DNA of 64,000 bases. Origin: Candidatus Sericytochromatia bacterium (lineage in GTDB: Bacteria > Cyanobacteriota > Sericytochromatia > S15B-MN24 > VGJW01). Position numbers and translations under genes: made by a program. The notes beneath the pieces are model-generated. The model had not been told where the DNA came from, searched no databases, and was given only the letters and a program-made list of their open reading frames with translations. Shown in pieces: positions 18,736-27,868 of this stretch (its first letter is position 1; each line of letters starts with the position of its first letter). The stretch lies in contig JAYKHS010000016.1 of assembly GCA_035285865.1 (NCBI GenBank), positions 1-64,000 on the forward strand, in the 5' to 3' direction.

Positions 18736-19011
18736 AATGCAAATCAGGCGAGGCACCTGCCTGTCGGCTCCTCGGCTGACTCCCGGAACCGGTTCAGGTC
18801 GGTCCCACCTTCGTGACGTCGTTTCGCTACAGCCTTCGGACCCAGCTTAGCCAGAGAAGCCTTCGCGTTCACTTCGGTCCCGCGTCCGGGTCCCAGTCCG
18901 GTACACGGGGGTCATCGCGCCTTGGAGGTCCGAGCAGGGCAGGGGCCTCGCCACTTTCGCCCACTCCTTGCGGAGGTGACATGTATGGAGTTCGGCAGCC
19001 CCCCCGAAGCC
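18736..19011 (-). ncRNA. Candidate large structured ncRNA (about 250 nt, unclassified) with its own 3' hairpin
   Basis: Three-part closing helix joining the two ends; CUCC-GCAA-GGAG tetraloop hairpin; GUAGCGAAAC T-loop-like motif; 3' hairpin CAGGC...GCCUG plus AUUUGCAUUU. Confidence 0.6.
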
Positions 19012-19238
19012 TTGAAGCGTTATGTTCCAGCATGTCGTCCCGCACGGGCCCCGGAGGCCCCAAAATCGCGCAAGTTCGCCGCCACTTCGGGTAACATAAA
19101 CTCGGAATCGGGGAGTTCAGGCCCCGAGGCCGAAACCGCGAAGGCGTCCCAACGCCTCCGATCAAGCCCCCGACCAAGGGGCCGGTTTCACCAAGGTCCC
19201 GCCATGGATGGCGGGATGTGTCCCAGCAAGGAGGTCCC

Positions 19239-20066
19239 ATGCCCATCGAATTTCCTGTTCCGCCCCCGTCGCGGGGGGTCCTTCGCAGCCTGGTCAGCGC
19301 GGAGAGCAACCTCAATCGATCCATACAGCGGCTCGCCTCGGGCCTGCGCATCAACTCGGCCGCAGACGATCCCGCCGGAATGGCCATCTCGACCCGGATG
19401 AGGGGGCGCGTCGTCAGCATCGACCGTGCCTACCAGAACGTCGGGGACGCCGCTTCGCTGCTGTCCACCGCAGATGGTGGCATGGAAGCCACGGCCGACA
19501 TCCTGATCCGCATGCGGGAACTTACGGTCGCAGCTGCTAGCGACACGATGTCCTCATCGGACCGGACGGCCGTCAAGACCGAACTGGATCAGTTGTCGGC
19601 CGAACTGGATCGGGTCGGCAACCAGACGACCTACAACGGCGAGACCCTGCTGGACGGCAGCGCCTCGTTCACGTTCCAGATCGGAGCGGATGCCACCGCA
19701 ACGACGACCGTTGCCTTGGACGACGTGCGTGCGGCCGCGCTCGATGTGGAACCTGCGGATCTCGTCGTCAGTTCGGCAAGCAATGCCGGAACGACCTTGG
19801 GCAAGATCGACGCGGCACTCGACGAGCTCAACACGGCGCGTGCCAAGGTCGGAGCCCGCATCAACAGGCTTGAATTCACCGCTTCGGCCTTGAGCGTGGA
19901 ATCACAGAACCTCAGTGCCTCGGCATCCCGCATCCGCGATGCCGACATGGCGCTCGAGACCACCCGCATGATCAGAAGTCAGCTGCTCCAGCAGTCTGCC
20001 CAAGCCATGCTGGCACATTACGGCAACCGCAACGACGGGCTGCTCAGCCTGATTCGGGGCAGCTGA
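19239..20066 (+). CDS. Flagellin-family protein (short, atypical termini)
   Basis: RLASGLRINSAADDPAG, QIGAD, RAKVGARINRLE, SRIRDADMA; AAGGAGGT RBS before ATG 19239. Confidence 0.93.
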   Translation: MPIEFPVPPPSRGVLRSLVSAESNLNRSIQRLASGLRINSAADDPAGMAISTRMRGRVVSIDRAYQNVGDAASLLSTADGGMEATADILIRMRELTVAAASDTMSSSDRTAVKTELDQLSAELDRVGNQTTYNGETLLDGSASFTFQIGADATATTTVALDDVRAAALDVEPADLVVSSASNAGTTLGKIDAALDELNTARAKVGARINRLEFTASALSVESQNLSASASRIRDADMALETTRMIRSQLLQQSAQAMLAHYGNRNDGLLSLIRGS

Positions 20067-20074
20067 CCGTCGGC

Positions 20075-20103
20075 TTGACAGGCCACGCGGTGAGCCCCAG
20101 AAT
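20075..20103 (+). promoter_or_regulatory. sigma70 promoter for tRNA-Ser
   Basis: TTGACA-N17-CAGAAT. Confidence 0.75.
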
Positions 20104-20139
20104 TCCGTTTCTGGGCGGCCGCGTGGCCGTCTCGCTCCA

Positions 20140-20229
20140 GGGGAGATGCTGGAGTGGTTGAACAGGCAGTCCTGGAAAGACTGTAGGCGGCCAAAAGTCG
20201 TCTCCGGGGTTCGAATCCCCGTCTCCCCG
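20140..20229 (+). tRNA. tRNA-Ser (GGA)
   Basis: GGGGAGA/TCTCCCC acceptor stem, CAGTC-CTGGAAA-GACTG anticodon arm, long variable arm, GGTTCGAATCC; CCA not encoded. Confidence 0.97.
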
Positions 20230-20254
20230 CTCCCACCTGACGCCGAGGCTCGTC

Positions 20255-21109
20255 ATGACCGCAACAGCGACCCTGCACCCCGTCATCGCGCAACAGCGCG
20301 CAGCCATCGCAGAGGCCGTCGAGGCCCTCCGCCAGAAGGGCGTCGGCACGCCGCGCGTCGCGATGATCCTGGGTTCCGGTCTCGGGCCCTTGGCCGACGA
20401 AGTCGAGCAGCCTGTCGTGATCCCGTATGGCGAGATCCCGGGCTTCCCGGAATCGACGGCTCCGGGGCATGCCGGCCGCTTGGTCATCGGCCGCCTCCAG
20501 GGCCAAGAGGTCCTGATGATGCAGGGTCGCTTCCACACCTATGAGGGTTACACTCAGGCTCAGGTCGCTTTCCCCGTGCGCGTCTTCGCAGCGCTGGGCG
20601 TCAAGGAACTCATCGTCACGTGTGCGACCGGCGGTCTGAACCGGGCCTTCTCTGCCGGCGACATCATGGTCATCACCGACCACCTGAACCTGACGGGCGG
20701 CAACCCGCTCATCGGCCCCAACGATCCAGACATCGGTCCGCGCTTCCCCGTGATGTTCGAGGCCTACGAGCCCATGTTGCGCGCCAAGGCCGTCATGGCC
20801 GCCCTGTCGCTCGGATTCTCCCTGCAGGAAGGGGTTTATGCCGGCATTACGGGTCCGGCCTACTTTACGCGTGCCGAGCTGCGTTATCTGCAGACCATCG
20901 GAGCCGATGCCATCGGCATGTCGACCGTTGCCGAAGTCATCACGGCCGTCCATGCGGGCCTGCGCGTGCTGGGCCTTGGCCTGATCAGCGACATGGCTCT
21001 GCCGGACGCCCAGCACCACGCGACCGAACAGCAGGTGCTCGACACGGTGGCCGCCACGGCCGACCGCATGAAGCAACTGGTGCGCGCCCTGCTGGCAAGT
21101 CTGGACTGA
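20255..21109 (+). CDS. punA: Purine nucleoside phosphorylase I
   Basis: ILGSGLG, GHAGRL, QGRFHTYEG, GPRFP, AIGMST. Confidence 0.95.
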   Translation: MTATATLHPVIAQQRAAIAEAVEALRQKGVGTPRVAMILGSGLGPLADEVEQPVVIPYGEIPGFPESTAPGHAGRLVIGRLQGQEVLMMQGRFHTYEGYTQAQVAFPVRVFAALGVKELIVTCATGGLNRAFSAGDIMVITDHLNLTGGNPLIGPNDPDIGPRFPVMFEAYEPMLRAKAVMAALSLGFSLQEGVYAGITGPAYFTRAELRYLQTIGADAIGMSTVAEVITAVHAGLRVLGLGLISDMALPDAQHHATEQQVLDTVAATADRMKQLVRALLASLD

Positions 21110-21120
21110 CGCGACGCGCC

Positions 21121-21150
21121 TTGACGCCCGCGCCCCGCGGGTCGTACCAT
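21121..21150 (+). promoter_or_regulatory. sigma70 promoter for tRNA-Met / tilS
   Basis: TTGACG-N18-TACCAT. Confidence 0.65.
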
Positions 21151-21159
21151 CGACTCCCC

Positions 21160-21233
21160 GGCACCATAGCTCAGCCCGGTAGAGCAAGCGGTTCATACCC
21201 GCTGTGTCACTGGTTCAAATCCAGTTGGTGCCA
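21160..21233 (+). tRNA. tRNA with CAT anticodon, probably elongator Met
   Basis: GGCACCA/TGGTGCC acceptor stem, AGCGG-TTCATAC-CCGCT anticodon arm, GGTTCAAATCC. Confidence 0.95.
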
Positions 21234-21239
21234 CCTCAG

Positions 21240-22283
21240 ATGAATCTTCACCGCCATTTACCCGAGGCGCTGAAGGTCGCCACGGAGAGCGTCGCGTGGC
21301 CCGAGCCGTCCGCGCCTCTGCTTGTGGCGGTCAGCGGTGGCCCTGACTCCTCTGCGCTCCTTTTGGCCCTGGCGCGCCTGACATCGCACCCCCTCCACGT
21401 CGCGCACGTGGACCATCGCTTGCGTCCCGATGCCGCAGAGGATGGCCATCGGGTGGCGGCTCTGGCAGCTTCCCTCGGTGTCGGCTGCACGATCCTCCGG
21501 CTGGATTCCCCACCGCGCCATGAGACGGCGGCGCGCGAGGCACGCCATGCAGCGCTCGCCAACCTCGCGCGCGTGCGGGCTATCCCGGCGATCGCCTTCG
21601 GCCACCATGCCGATGATCAGGCGGAAACCTTGCTTTGGCGCATGATCCGAGGCACGACACCCGATGGCCTGGCTGGCATGGCCGTGGTTGCACCGGGCCC
21701 CGGTGGCGTGACGGTGGTTCGGCCCCTGCTGTCGTGCACCCGCCGTTCGATCGGCGAGTGGTGGGCCCGTCAGGAAATGCCCGATTCTCCAGCCATCGAC
21801 CCCACGAACCTTGACCCCGACCATACGCCGCGAAACCGGATCCGCCTCGAGATCGCCCCGCTCCTCGAACGCCTCCAGCCGCGCTGGGTCGATGCCCTGT
21901 GGCGCCTGACCTACCGGATGAGCGAAGATCGCGATGCCCTGCACCAGTGGGCGAATCAAGCCACCGGGCAGTTGTCCACTCCGGACGGCCTCGAAGCGAG
22001 CGGTCTCGCAGCGCTGCCGATGGCCGTCAGGCGCCGGGTGCTGGCGTTGCGGTTCGGGGGGCTCGACACCCTGTCTCAAGAACGTCTGCTCGTCTGGATG
22101 ACCAGAGAACGCTCCGGCCACCTGCACCTGAGCGGCCAAGTGGCGTGGCTCCGCAACGGCCAGTTGTCTGTCCTGCCCCCAATGGCCGAAACCCTTGCAT
22201 CATGCCGCCTTTGCTTGACGCCCCCATCGCCCCGGCCTAGCATGCCCGAGGGGCAATCCCCGCCCGATCTCCGGGTTTCCTGA
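21240..22283 (+). CDS. tilS: tRNA(Ile)-lysidine synthetase
   Basis: VAVSGGPDS, HVDHRLR, GHHADDQAET, VRPLL, RNRIR; adjacent to ftsH. Confidence 0.93.
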   Translation: MNLHRHLPEALKVATESVAWPEPSAPLLVAVSGGPDSSALLLALARLTSHPLHVAHVDHRLRPDAAEDGHRVAALAASLGVGCTILRLDSPPRHETAAREARHAALANLARVRAIPAIAFGHHADDQAETLLWRMIRGTTPDGLAGMAVVAPGPGGVTVVRPLLSCTRRSIGEWWARQEMPDSPAIDPTNLDPDHTPRNRIRLEIAPLLERLQPRWVDALWRLTYRMSEDRDALHQWANQATGQLSTPDGLEASGLAALPMAVRRRVLALRFGGLDTLSQERLLVWMTRERSGHLHLSGQVAWLRNGQLSVLPPMAETLASCRLCLTPPSPRPSMPEGQSPPDLRVS

Positions 22284-22292
22284 GGCTTTGAC

Positions 22293-24149
22293 GTGAACCG
22301 GTTCTGGAAGAACAGCGGCATCTCCATCCTGCTCGTGCTGCTCGCGTTCGTGTTCGTGGGCAGCCTGATGCGCTCGGGGCACGTGATCGAAGACGTCAGC
22401 TACACGCGCTTCCTCGACATGGTCGACAAGGGCAGCCTCAAGTCCGTCACCATCGACAACCTCTCGGGCACCATAGTCGCCACCCCGCGCGAGACGACGC
22501 CGGGCACCCGCCCCACCCAGGTCCGTACCGTCGCACCCGACGACCCCAGCCTGATCGCAACCCTGAAGGATGCCCGCATCGAGATCTCGGGCAAACGCCC
22601 CGACCAGACCAACTGGTGGGTGTCGCTCCTGAGCACCGTGCTCGTGCCCATCCTGATCATCGTGGGCCTTTGGATCTTCATGCTCCGTCAGGCCCAAAGC
22701 GGCTCCAACCAGGCCATGAGCTTCGGGAAGAGCAGGGCGAAGATGATGCTGGACAACAAGCCCAAGGTGACCTTCGCGGACGTCGCGGGCATCGAGGAAG
22801 CGAAGACCGAACTGCAGGAAATCGTCGAGTTCCTCAAAACGCCCGAGAAGTTCCAGGCCTTGGGTGCCCGCATCCCGCGGGGCGTGCTGCTTGTCGGTGC
22901 GCCCGGCACGGGCAAGACCCTGCTGGCCAAGGCGATTGCCGGCGAGGCCGGCGTGCCGTTCTTCAGCATCTCGGGTTCGGACTTCGTCGAAATGTTCGTG
23001 GGCGTGGGTGCCAGCCGGGTCCGGGACCTCTTCGAGCAGGCGAAAAAGCACGCACCCTGCATCGTGTTCGTCGACGAAATCGACGCCGTGGGCCGGCAAC
23101 GCGGGGCTGGCCTCGGCGGCGGCCACGACGAGCGGGAGCAGACGCTGAACCAGTTGCTCGTCGAGATGGATGGCTTCGAGCCCAGCGTCAGCGTCATCGT
23201 GATTGCGGCAACCAATCGTCCTGACATCCTGGATGCCGCGCTCATGCGCCCGGGCCGATTCGATCGACAGGTCGTCGTGGATCAGCCCGACGTCCGCGGC
23301 CGCAAGGCCATCCTCGAGGTGCACGTCAAGAACAAGCCCTTGGCCGAAGGCGTGGACCTCGAAATCCTCGCCAAGCGCACACCGGGCTTCACAGGGGCCG
23401 ACCTGCAGAACATGGCCAACGAGGCCGCTCTGCTCGCCGCCCGCCAAAACCGCAAGGAGATCGTCATGGACGACTTCGAGCACGCCATCGACAAGGTCAT
23501 CGCGGGTCCTGAGCGTCGTAGCCGCATCATCGGCGACCGCGAGAAAGAAATCATCGCCTACCACGAAGTGGGTCATGCCCTCGTGGCCCACGAGCTGCCT
23601 CACGCCGACCCCGTCCACAAGGTGACCATCGTGTCGCGTGGCATGGCGCTGGGCCTGACGATGACCCTGCCCGAGGAGGACCGGGTCCTGACCAGTCGCA
23701 GCGAGTTGCTCGATCGCATCACGATGATGTTCGGCGGCCAGGTGGCGGAAGACATCGTCTTCGACGAGATCACCACGGGGGCCAGCAATGATCTCGAGCG
23801 CGCAACGGCGCTTGCCCGCAGGATGGTCACGGAGTGGGGCATGTCCGAGGCGGTCGGCCCCCTGACCTTCGGGCGTCGCAGCGAGCACGTATTTCTGGGC
23901 CGAGAGATCGGGGAGGATCGCAACTTCAGCGAGGACGTCGCCGCGCTCATCGACCGCGAAGTGCGCCATATCGTCGAGAGCTGCCACAAGCGGGCACGCG
24001 AAATCCTGACGGAGCAGCGAACGACGCTCGAGCGGGTGGCCCAGGAGCTGATCCGCAGGGAGACTCTGGACGCCGACGAGTTCAAGGCCTTGGTGGATGG
24101 CGGGCTGCCCCCGACCACAGCGGCCGACCCGGTGCCCACACCCGTCTGA
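22293..24149 (+). CDS. ftsH: ATP-dependent Zn metalloprotease FtsH
   Basis: Two TM helices, [34 protein letters not shown]. Confidence 0.99.
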   Translation: MNRFWKNSGISILLVLLAFVFVGSLMRSGHVIEDVSYTRFLDMVDKGSLKSVTIDNLSGTIVATPRETTPGTRPTQVRTVAPDDPSLIATLKDARIEISGKRPDQTNWWVSLLSTVLVPILIIVGLWIFMLRQAQSGSNQAMSFGKSRAKMMLDNKPKVTFADVAGIEEAKTELQEIVEFLKTPEKFQALGARIPRGVLLVGAPGTGKTLLAKAIAGEAGVPFFSISGSDFVEMFVGVGASRVRDLFEQAKKHAPCIVFVDEIDAVGRQRGAGLGGGHDEREQTLNQLLVEMDGFEPSVSVIVIAATNRPDILDAALMRPGRFDRQVVVDQPDVRGRKAILEVHVKNKPLAEGVDLEILAKRTPGFTGADLQNMANEAALLAARQNRKEIVMDDFEHAIDKVIAGPERRSRIIGDREKEIIAYHEVGHALVAHELPHADPVHKVTIVSRGMALGLTMTLPEEDRVLTSRSELLDRITMMFGGQVAEDIVFDEITTGASNDLERATALARRMVTEWGMSEAVGPLTFGRRSEHVFLGREIGEDRNFSEDVAALIDREVRHIVESCHKRAREILTEQRTTLERVAQELIRRETLDADEFKALVDGGLPPTTAADPVPTPV

Positions 24150-24171
24150 CGGATCCGATGGCCCTTATGAG

Positions 24172-24210
24172 AAGGCCGCCGCCGGGAAACACCCCGGTAG
24201 CGGCCTCTTG
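24172..24210. terminator. Hairpin between convergent ftsH and rlmB
   Basis: AGGCCGC...CCGGG-AAACAC-CCCGG...GCGGCCT. Confidence 0.55.
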
Positions 24211-24223
24211 ACAACAGGGATGG

Positions 24224-25351
24224 TCAGCTGCGCTGGCGCACGGCCTCGAAGAGCAGGATGCCGCCAGCCACCGAAGCATTGAGTGAAGGCGTGCGGCCGG
24301 GCATCGGCAACCGGACGACGTGGTCACAGGTCTCGAGCAGGTTACGGGAAAGTCCCCGGCCCTCACTGCCGACGAGCAGAGCAATCGGGCCCCTCATGTC
24401 CACTTGCCACGGCAACTCCTCACCCGCACCGTCGGCAGCGACGACCCAGAATCCTGCGGCCTGCAGATCCCGGATGGCCTGCGCCAGATTCACCACCCGC
24501 GCGACAGGCAGCAGGTCAAGCGCCCCGGCAGCCGCCTTGGCAACCGCTCCGGTCAGGCCCACCGCCCGGCGCTGAGGGATGACTACACCGTGGGCACCGG
24601 CAGCTTCGGCCGACCGGATCAGGGCGCCCAGGTTGCCCGGATCCTCGATGCCCTCGAGCAGGAGCACCAGGGGCTTCTCGGCACCTCGGGCCTCTTCGAG
24701 AACCTTGGCAAAGGTCTGATAAGCAACGGGTGCGAGCGAAGCGACCACGCCCTGATGAGGACCGGCGACCAGGGCATCGAGTCGCTGACGTTCGACTTCG
24801 ACCACCGCGACTCCAGCCTCGCGTGCCTGCATCCGGATGGCGGTCGCGAAGCGCGCGTCCTCGAGGCTGCGCTGGAGCCAGACCTTGTTGACGGGACGAC
24901 CGCTGCGAACGGCCGCCATGACGGCATGACGCCCCCAGACCATCTCGCTGTCGGGCTCCGGACGTTCCTCGGGTTCGGCATCAGGCTGAGCCTTGACGCG
25001 CACGGTACGTGCTCGCGGCGCGCTCTCGACCTCCTCCCGACGCCGACCGGGCCTTGGCGCCCGTCCTTCGGGCCCCGGGCCGGAACGCTCGGCGGCAGGG
25101 CTGCCCTTGCCCCGAGGAGCCCGTGGGCCACCGACACCGCCAAGACCCGGCTTCCCGGTCTTCGAGGGACGACCATCCTTGCCTGCCGGCGCTCCCGGGC
25201 GCCCGGGAACAGACGCCTTGCGCGGATCGGGCACGTCCATGCCCATCTTGCGGGCCATCGACGCCGAGACCGGACCCAGCTTGCGCCCGCGCGCGGATCC
25301 CCCGGATGCGGACGGTCGGCCCTTAGGCCCTGGCTTCTTGCCTGGTGGCAT
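24224..25351 (-). CDS. rlmB: 23S rRNA Gm2251 methyltransferase (TrmH/SpoU) with a long basic N-terminal extension
   Basis: HQGVVA, IEDPGNLGALIRSA, VGSEGRGL, SLNASVAGG; GAGGAGG RBS. Confidence 0.93.
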   Translation of the reverse strand: MPPGKKPGPKGRPSASGGSARGRKLGPVSASMARKMGMDVPDPRKASVPGRPGAPAGKDGRPSKTGKPGLGGVGGPRAPRGKGSPAAERSGPGPEGRAPRPGRRREEVESAPRARTVRVKAQPDAEPEERPEPDSEMVWGRHAVMAAVRSGRPVNKVWLQRSLEDARFATAIRMQAREAGVAVVEVERQRLDALVAGPHQGVVASLAPVAYQTFAKVLEEARGAEKPLVLLLEGIEDPGNLGALIRSAEAAGAHGVVIPQRRAVGLTGAVAKAAAGALDLLPVARVVNLAQAIRDLQAAGFWVVAADGAGEELPWQVDMRGPIALLVGSEGRGLSRNLLETCDHVVRLPMPGRTPSLNASVAGGILLFEAVRQRS

Positions 25352-25814
25352 CGTCGTCCTCCTCGGGACCTTCCTGGCTGGCGGGCGGCAGGTCCACCAT
25401 GTCCTCCGCACGGGCCAGCACCCACGCGAGTCGCTCGTGGCGTCCCAGAAGCCAAAGATAACCTATCCAGGCTTCGAATGCCGTGGCCCATCGATATGTT
25501 CCGGGATCCGCAGATCGCGTCACGAGTCGCTTGAGCGCCCGTGCACGGCGCACGACCTCGCGTTCGTCCTCGGCCAGATCCGGCTCCAGCTCGCGCAGGA
25601 CGCGCGCCTGCGCCACCGCCCGAACCCGCCGCACCGTCTCCCGATGGCGAGCATCGCCCTGAAGTGGGCGCGCGAGACCTCGGCGCCGAACTTCCAGTTC
25701 GTGGACCGCATCCCCCAAGTAAGCCATGTCCCTCGGGTGAATCTCGGCCAGCAGTTTGGCCGGCCTTCCGGCATGTGCCTCTTCGAGGGCCTCGGCCCCC
25801 GGGACCTCAGGCAA
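25323..25814 (-). CDS. mrnC: Mini-ribonuclease III
   Basis: MAYLGDAVHEL, VRAVAQA, YRWATAFEAWIGYL; cysS-mrnC-rlmB synteny; TTG start assumed. Confidence 0.88.
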   Translation of the reverse strand: MPEVPGAEALEEAHAGRPAKLLAEIHPRDMAYLGDAVHELEVRRRGLARPLQGDARHRETVRRVRAVAQARVLRELEPDLAEDEREVVRRARALKRLVTRSADPGTYRWATAFEAWIGYLWLLGRHERLAWVLARAEDMVDLPPASQEGPEEDDDATRQEARA

Positions 25815-27318
25815 GCTGCACGCCTTCCGGCGCCCAGACCCACGCCCAGGCCGGCGCCTCGGCATGCGTCACCGCGACGGAACCATCCTTTCGATCCGCG
25901 AGGACGAATCCGGCTGTCCCCAGATGACCCCGCAGGACATCCGCCCGGGCAAAGTCCCGCCCCTGGCGGGCCATCCGCCGGGCCTCGAGCCAGTGCGCCA
26001 GTTGCGCCTCCTGTCCGTCGGCCGACGACAGACCGTGCTCGGGAACCTCCCGAAGCCGTCCGACGGCCTCCTGCACGACCGATGGCCAGTCGCCCGTGGC
26101 CGCGAGGGCCGCGAGATCCAGCCCAAGGACGGCAGCAAGTCGCCGTACCTCGGCCACGCCATGGCCGGCCGCCTCGGCATCCGCTCCCTGAAGCCCGGCG
26201 ATTTCCGCCCGCGCATCCCAGAGGGCCGCCAGCGCCCGAGGCGTGTTGAAGTCCTCGTCCATGGCCTCGCCGAAGGCGGCCCCGAGACGTTTGACGAGAT
26301 CCGCGACGGCCGGGGTCTGCGGCCCCAGCGCCCCATCCCGTGTCGCCAGCGACCGGCGCAGACGCACCAGCGCACGGGTGGCACCCTCAAGGGCCTCCTC
26401 GGTGAACGAAAGGTCCTGCCGGTAATGGGTCTGCAGCAAGAAGAAACGCACGGCATGGGGATCGTGGACCTCGAGCAGCTCACGCACGGTGCGGAAGTTC
26501 CCGAGGCTCTTGGACATCTTTTCTGCGTCGATGTTCACGAATCCGTTATGGAGCCAGCAGGTCACGAAGGGGGCGTCGTGCAGCGCCTCTGACTGAGCCA
26601 CCTCGTTCTCGTGGTGGGGGAAGAGGAGGTCGATGCCGCCGACGTGCAGGTCAATCGTCGTGCCCAGCAACTCTGCCGCCATCGCCGAGCATTCCAGATG
26701 CCAGCCGGGGCGTCCGGGGCCCCAGGGACTGTCCCACGAAGGCTCACCCGGCTTCGCGGCCTTCCAAAGCGCGAAGTCGGCCGGCCCGCGCTTGTTCGGG
26801 TCGGGCTCGTCGAGCCGCGTGCGCTGGCCGAGATCCTCGGCGGATCGACCGGAAAGTCGCCCGTAGGCAGGGAAACTCGAAACATCGAAATAAACGCTGC
26901 CATCCGACACCGCATAAGCGTGGCCCTTGCCTACCAGACCCTCGATGAAACGCAGCATCGCCGCAACATATTCCGTAGCACGCGGGTAATCGGTCGCACG
27001 CAGGATGCCCAGGCGATCCATGTCGGCGAAGTAGGCCGCCTCCCAGCGCCGGGTCAGGTCGGCGGGATCCTCGTTGCGTTCTGCGGCCCGCTGGATGATC
27101 TTGTCGTCGATGTCCGTGAAGTTCTGGACATGGCGCACGCGGTAACCCAGATACTCCAGATAGCGCCGCACGACATCCCACGCGAGATAGGCCCGCGCGT
27201 GGCCCAGATGGCAAGCGTCGTAGACCGTGACCCCGCAGGCGTACATCGTGACCTCGGGCGGGTTTGCGGGCGCGAAGGGCTCCAACCGCCGGGTCAGGTC
27301 GTTGTGGACCCTCAGCAT
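25807..27318 (-). CDS. cysS: Cysteine-tRNA ligase
   Basis: CGVTVY, HLGH, GRPGWHLECSAM, FPHHENE, KMSKS. Confidence 0.99.
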   Translation of the reverse strand: MLRVHNDLTRRLEPFAPANPPEVTMYACGVTVYDACHLGHARAYLAWDVVRRYLEYLGYRVRHVQNFTDIDDKIIQRAAERNEDPADLTRRWEAAYFADMDRLGILRATDYPRATEYVAAMLRFIEGLVGKGHAYAVSDGSVYFDVSSFPAYGRLSGRSAEDLGQRTRLDEPDPNKRGPADFALWKAAKPGEPSWDSPWGPGRPGWHLECSAMAAELLGTTIDLHVGGIDLLFPHHENEVAQSEALHDAPFVTCWLHNGFVNIDAEKMSKSLGNFRTVRELLEVHDPHAVRFFLLQTHYRQDLSFTEEALEGATRALVRLRRSLATRDGALGPQTPAVADLVKRLGAAFGEAMDEDFNTPRALAALWDARAEIAGLQGADAEAAGHGVAEVRRLAAVLGLDLAALAATGDWPSVVQEAVGRLREVPEHGLSSADGQEAQLAHWLEARRMARQGRDFARADVLRGHLGTAGFVLADRKDGSVAVTHAEAPAWAWVWAPEGVQLA

Positions 27319-27411
27319 CTTCCAAGTCTAGCAGAGACCGACCCGACGCCCCTTGCCGGAGCCATGGGGACGTACACCATGAATCCGCCCCTGGAATCCG
27401 AGGAGAAAACC

Positions 27412-27849
27412 ATGCGCGTCCGAGATCTGATGAACCCCCACGTCCACGCTTGTGGCCCCGAAACCACCGTTCTGGAAGTGGCCAAGCTGATGAAGCGGGA
27501 AGACGTCGGGCTCGTCCCCATTCTCGAGGGCGGCCGCATCATGGGTGTCGTCACCGACAGAGATCTGGCGCTGGAAGCCGTCACTGCAGATGCCCTCCAC
27601 GTCCCGATCCGCAACCTGATTCACCACGGCCCCGTCTGCGTCGATCCCGACGCGTCGCTTGAGGAAGCCGCCGACCAGATGGTCCGCCACCGGGTTCGGC
27701 GCCTGTGTGTCAGCAGCCAACCCGCGAATGGCGCCCTGCAGGGCGTGGTCAGTCTGGATGACCTGGCGAGCCTGCCCGATGCATCACTCGCGGTACGGGT
27801 GCTCTGCGAACTTCATCCGCGACTGAGGAAGACCCGCAAAGCCGCCTGA
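27412..27849 (+). CDS. CBS-domain protein
   Basis: MRVRDLM, GVVTDRDL, GVVSLDDL; GAGGAG RBS. Confidence 0.9.
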   Translation: MRVRDLMNPHVHACGPETTVLEVAKLMKREDVGLVPILEGGRIMGVVTDRDLALEAVTADALHVPIRNLIHHGPVCVDPDASLEEAADQMVRHRVRRLCVSSQPANGALQGVVSLDDLASLPDASLAVRVLCELHPRLRKTRKAA

Positions 27850-27868
27850 ACTGGCGCCAAAGGCCGCG

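Noticed and set aside
18736..19011. Assignment to raiA-motif RNA, SRP, tmRNA, RNase P, a c-di-GMP riboswitch or a group II intron
   Set aside because: Only short words match from memory (GUAGCGAAAC, GAACC...CAGGUC); the diagnostic cores are missing, so it is left unclassified.
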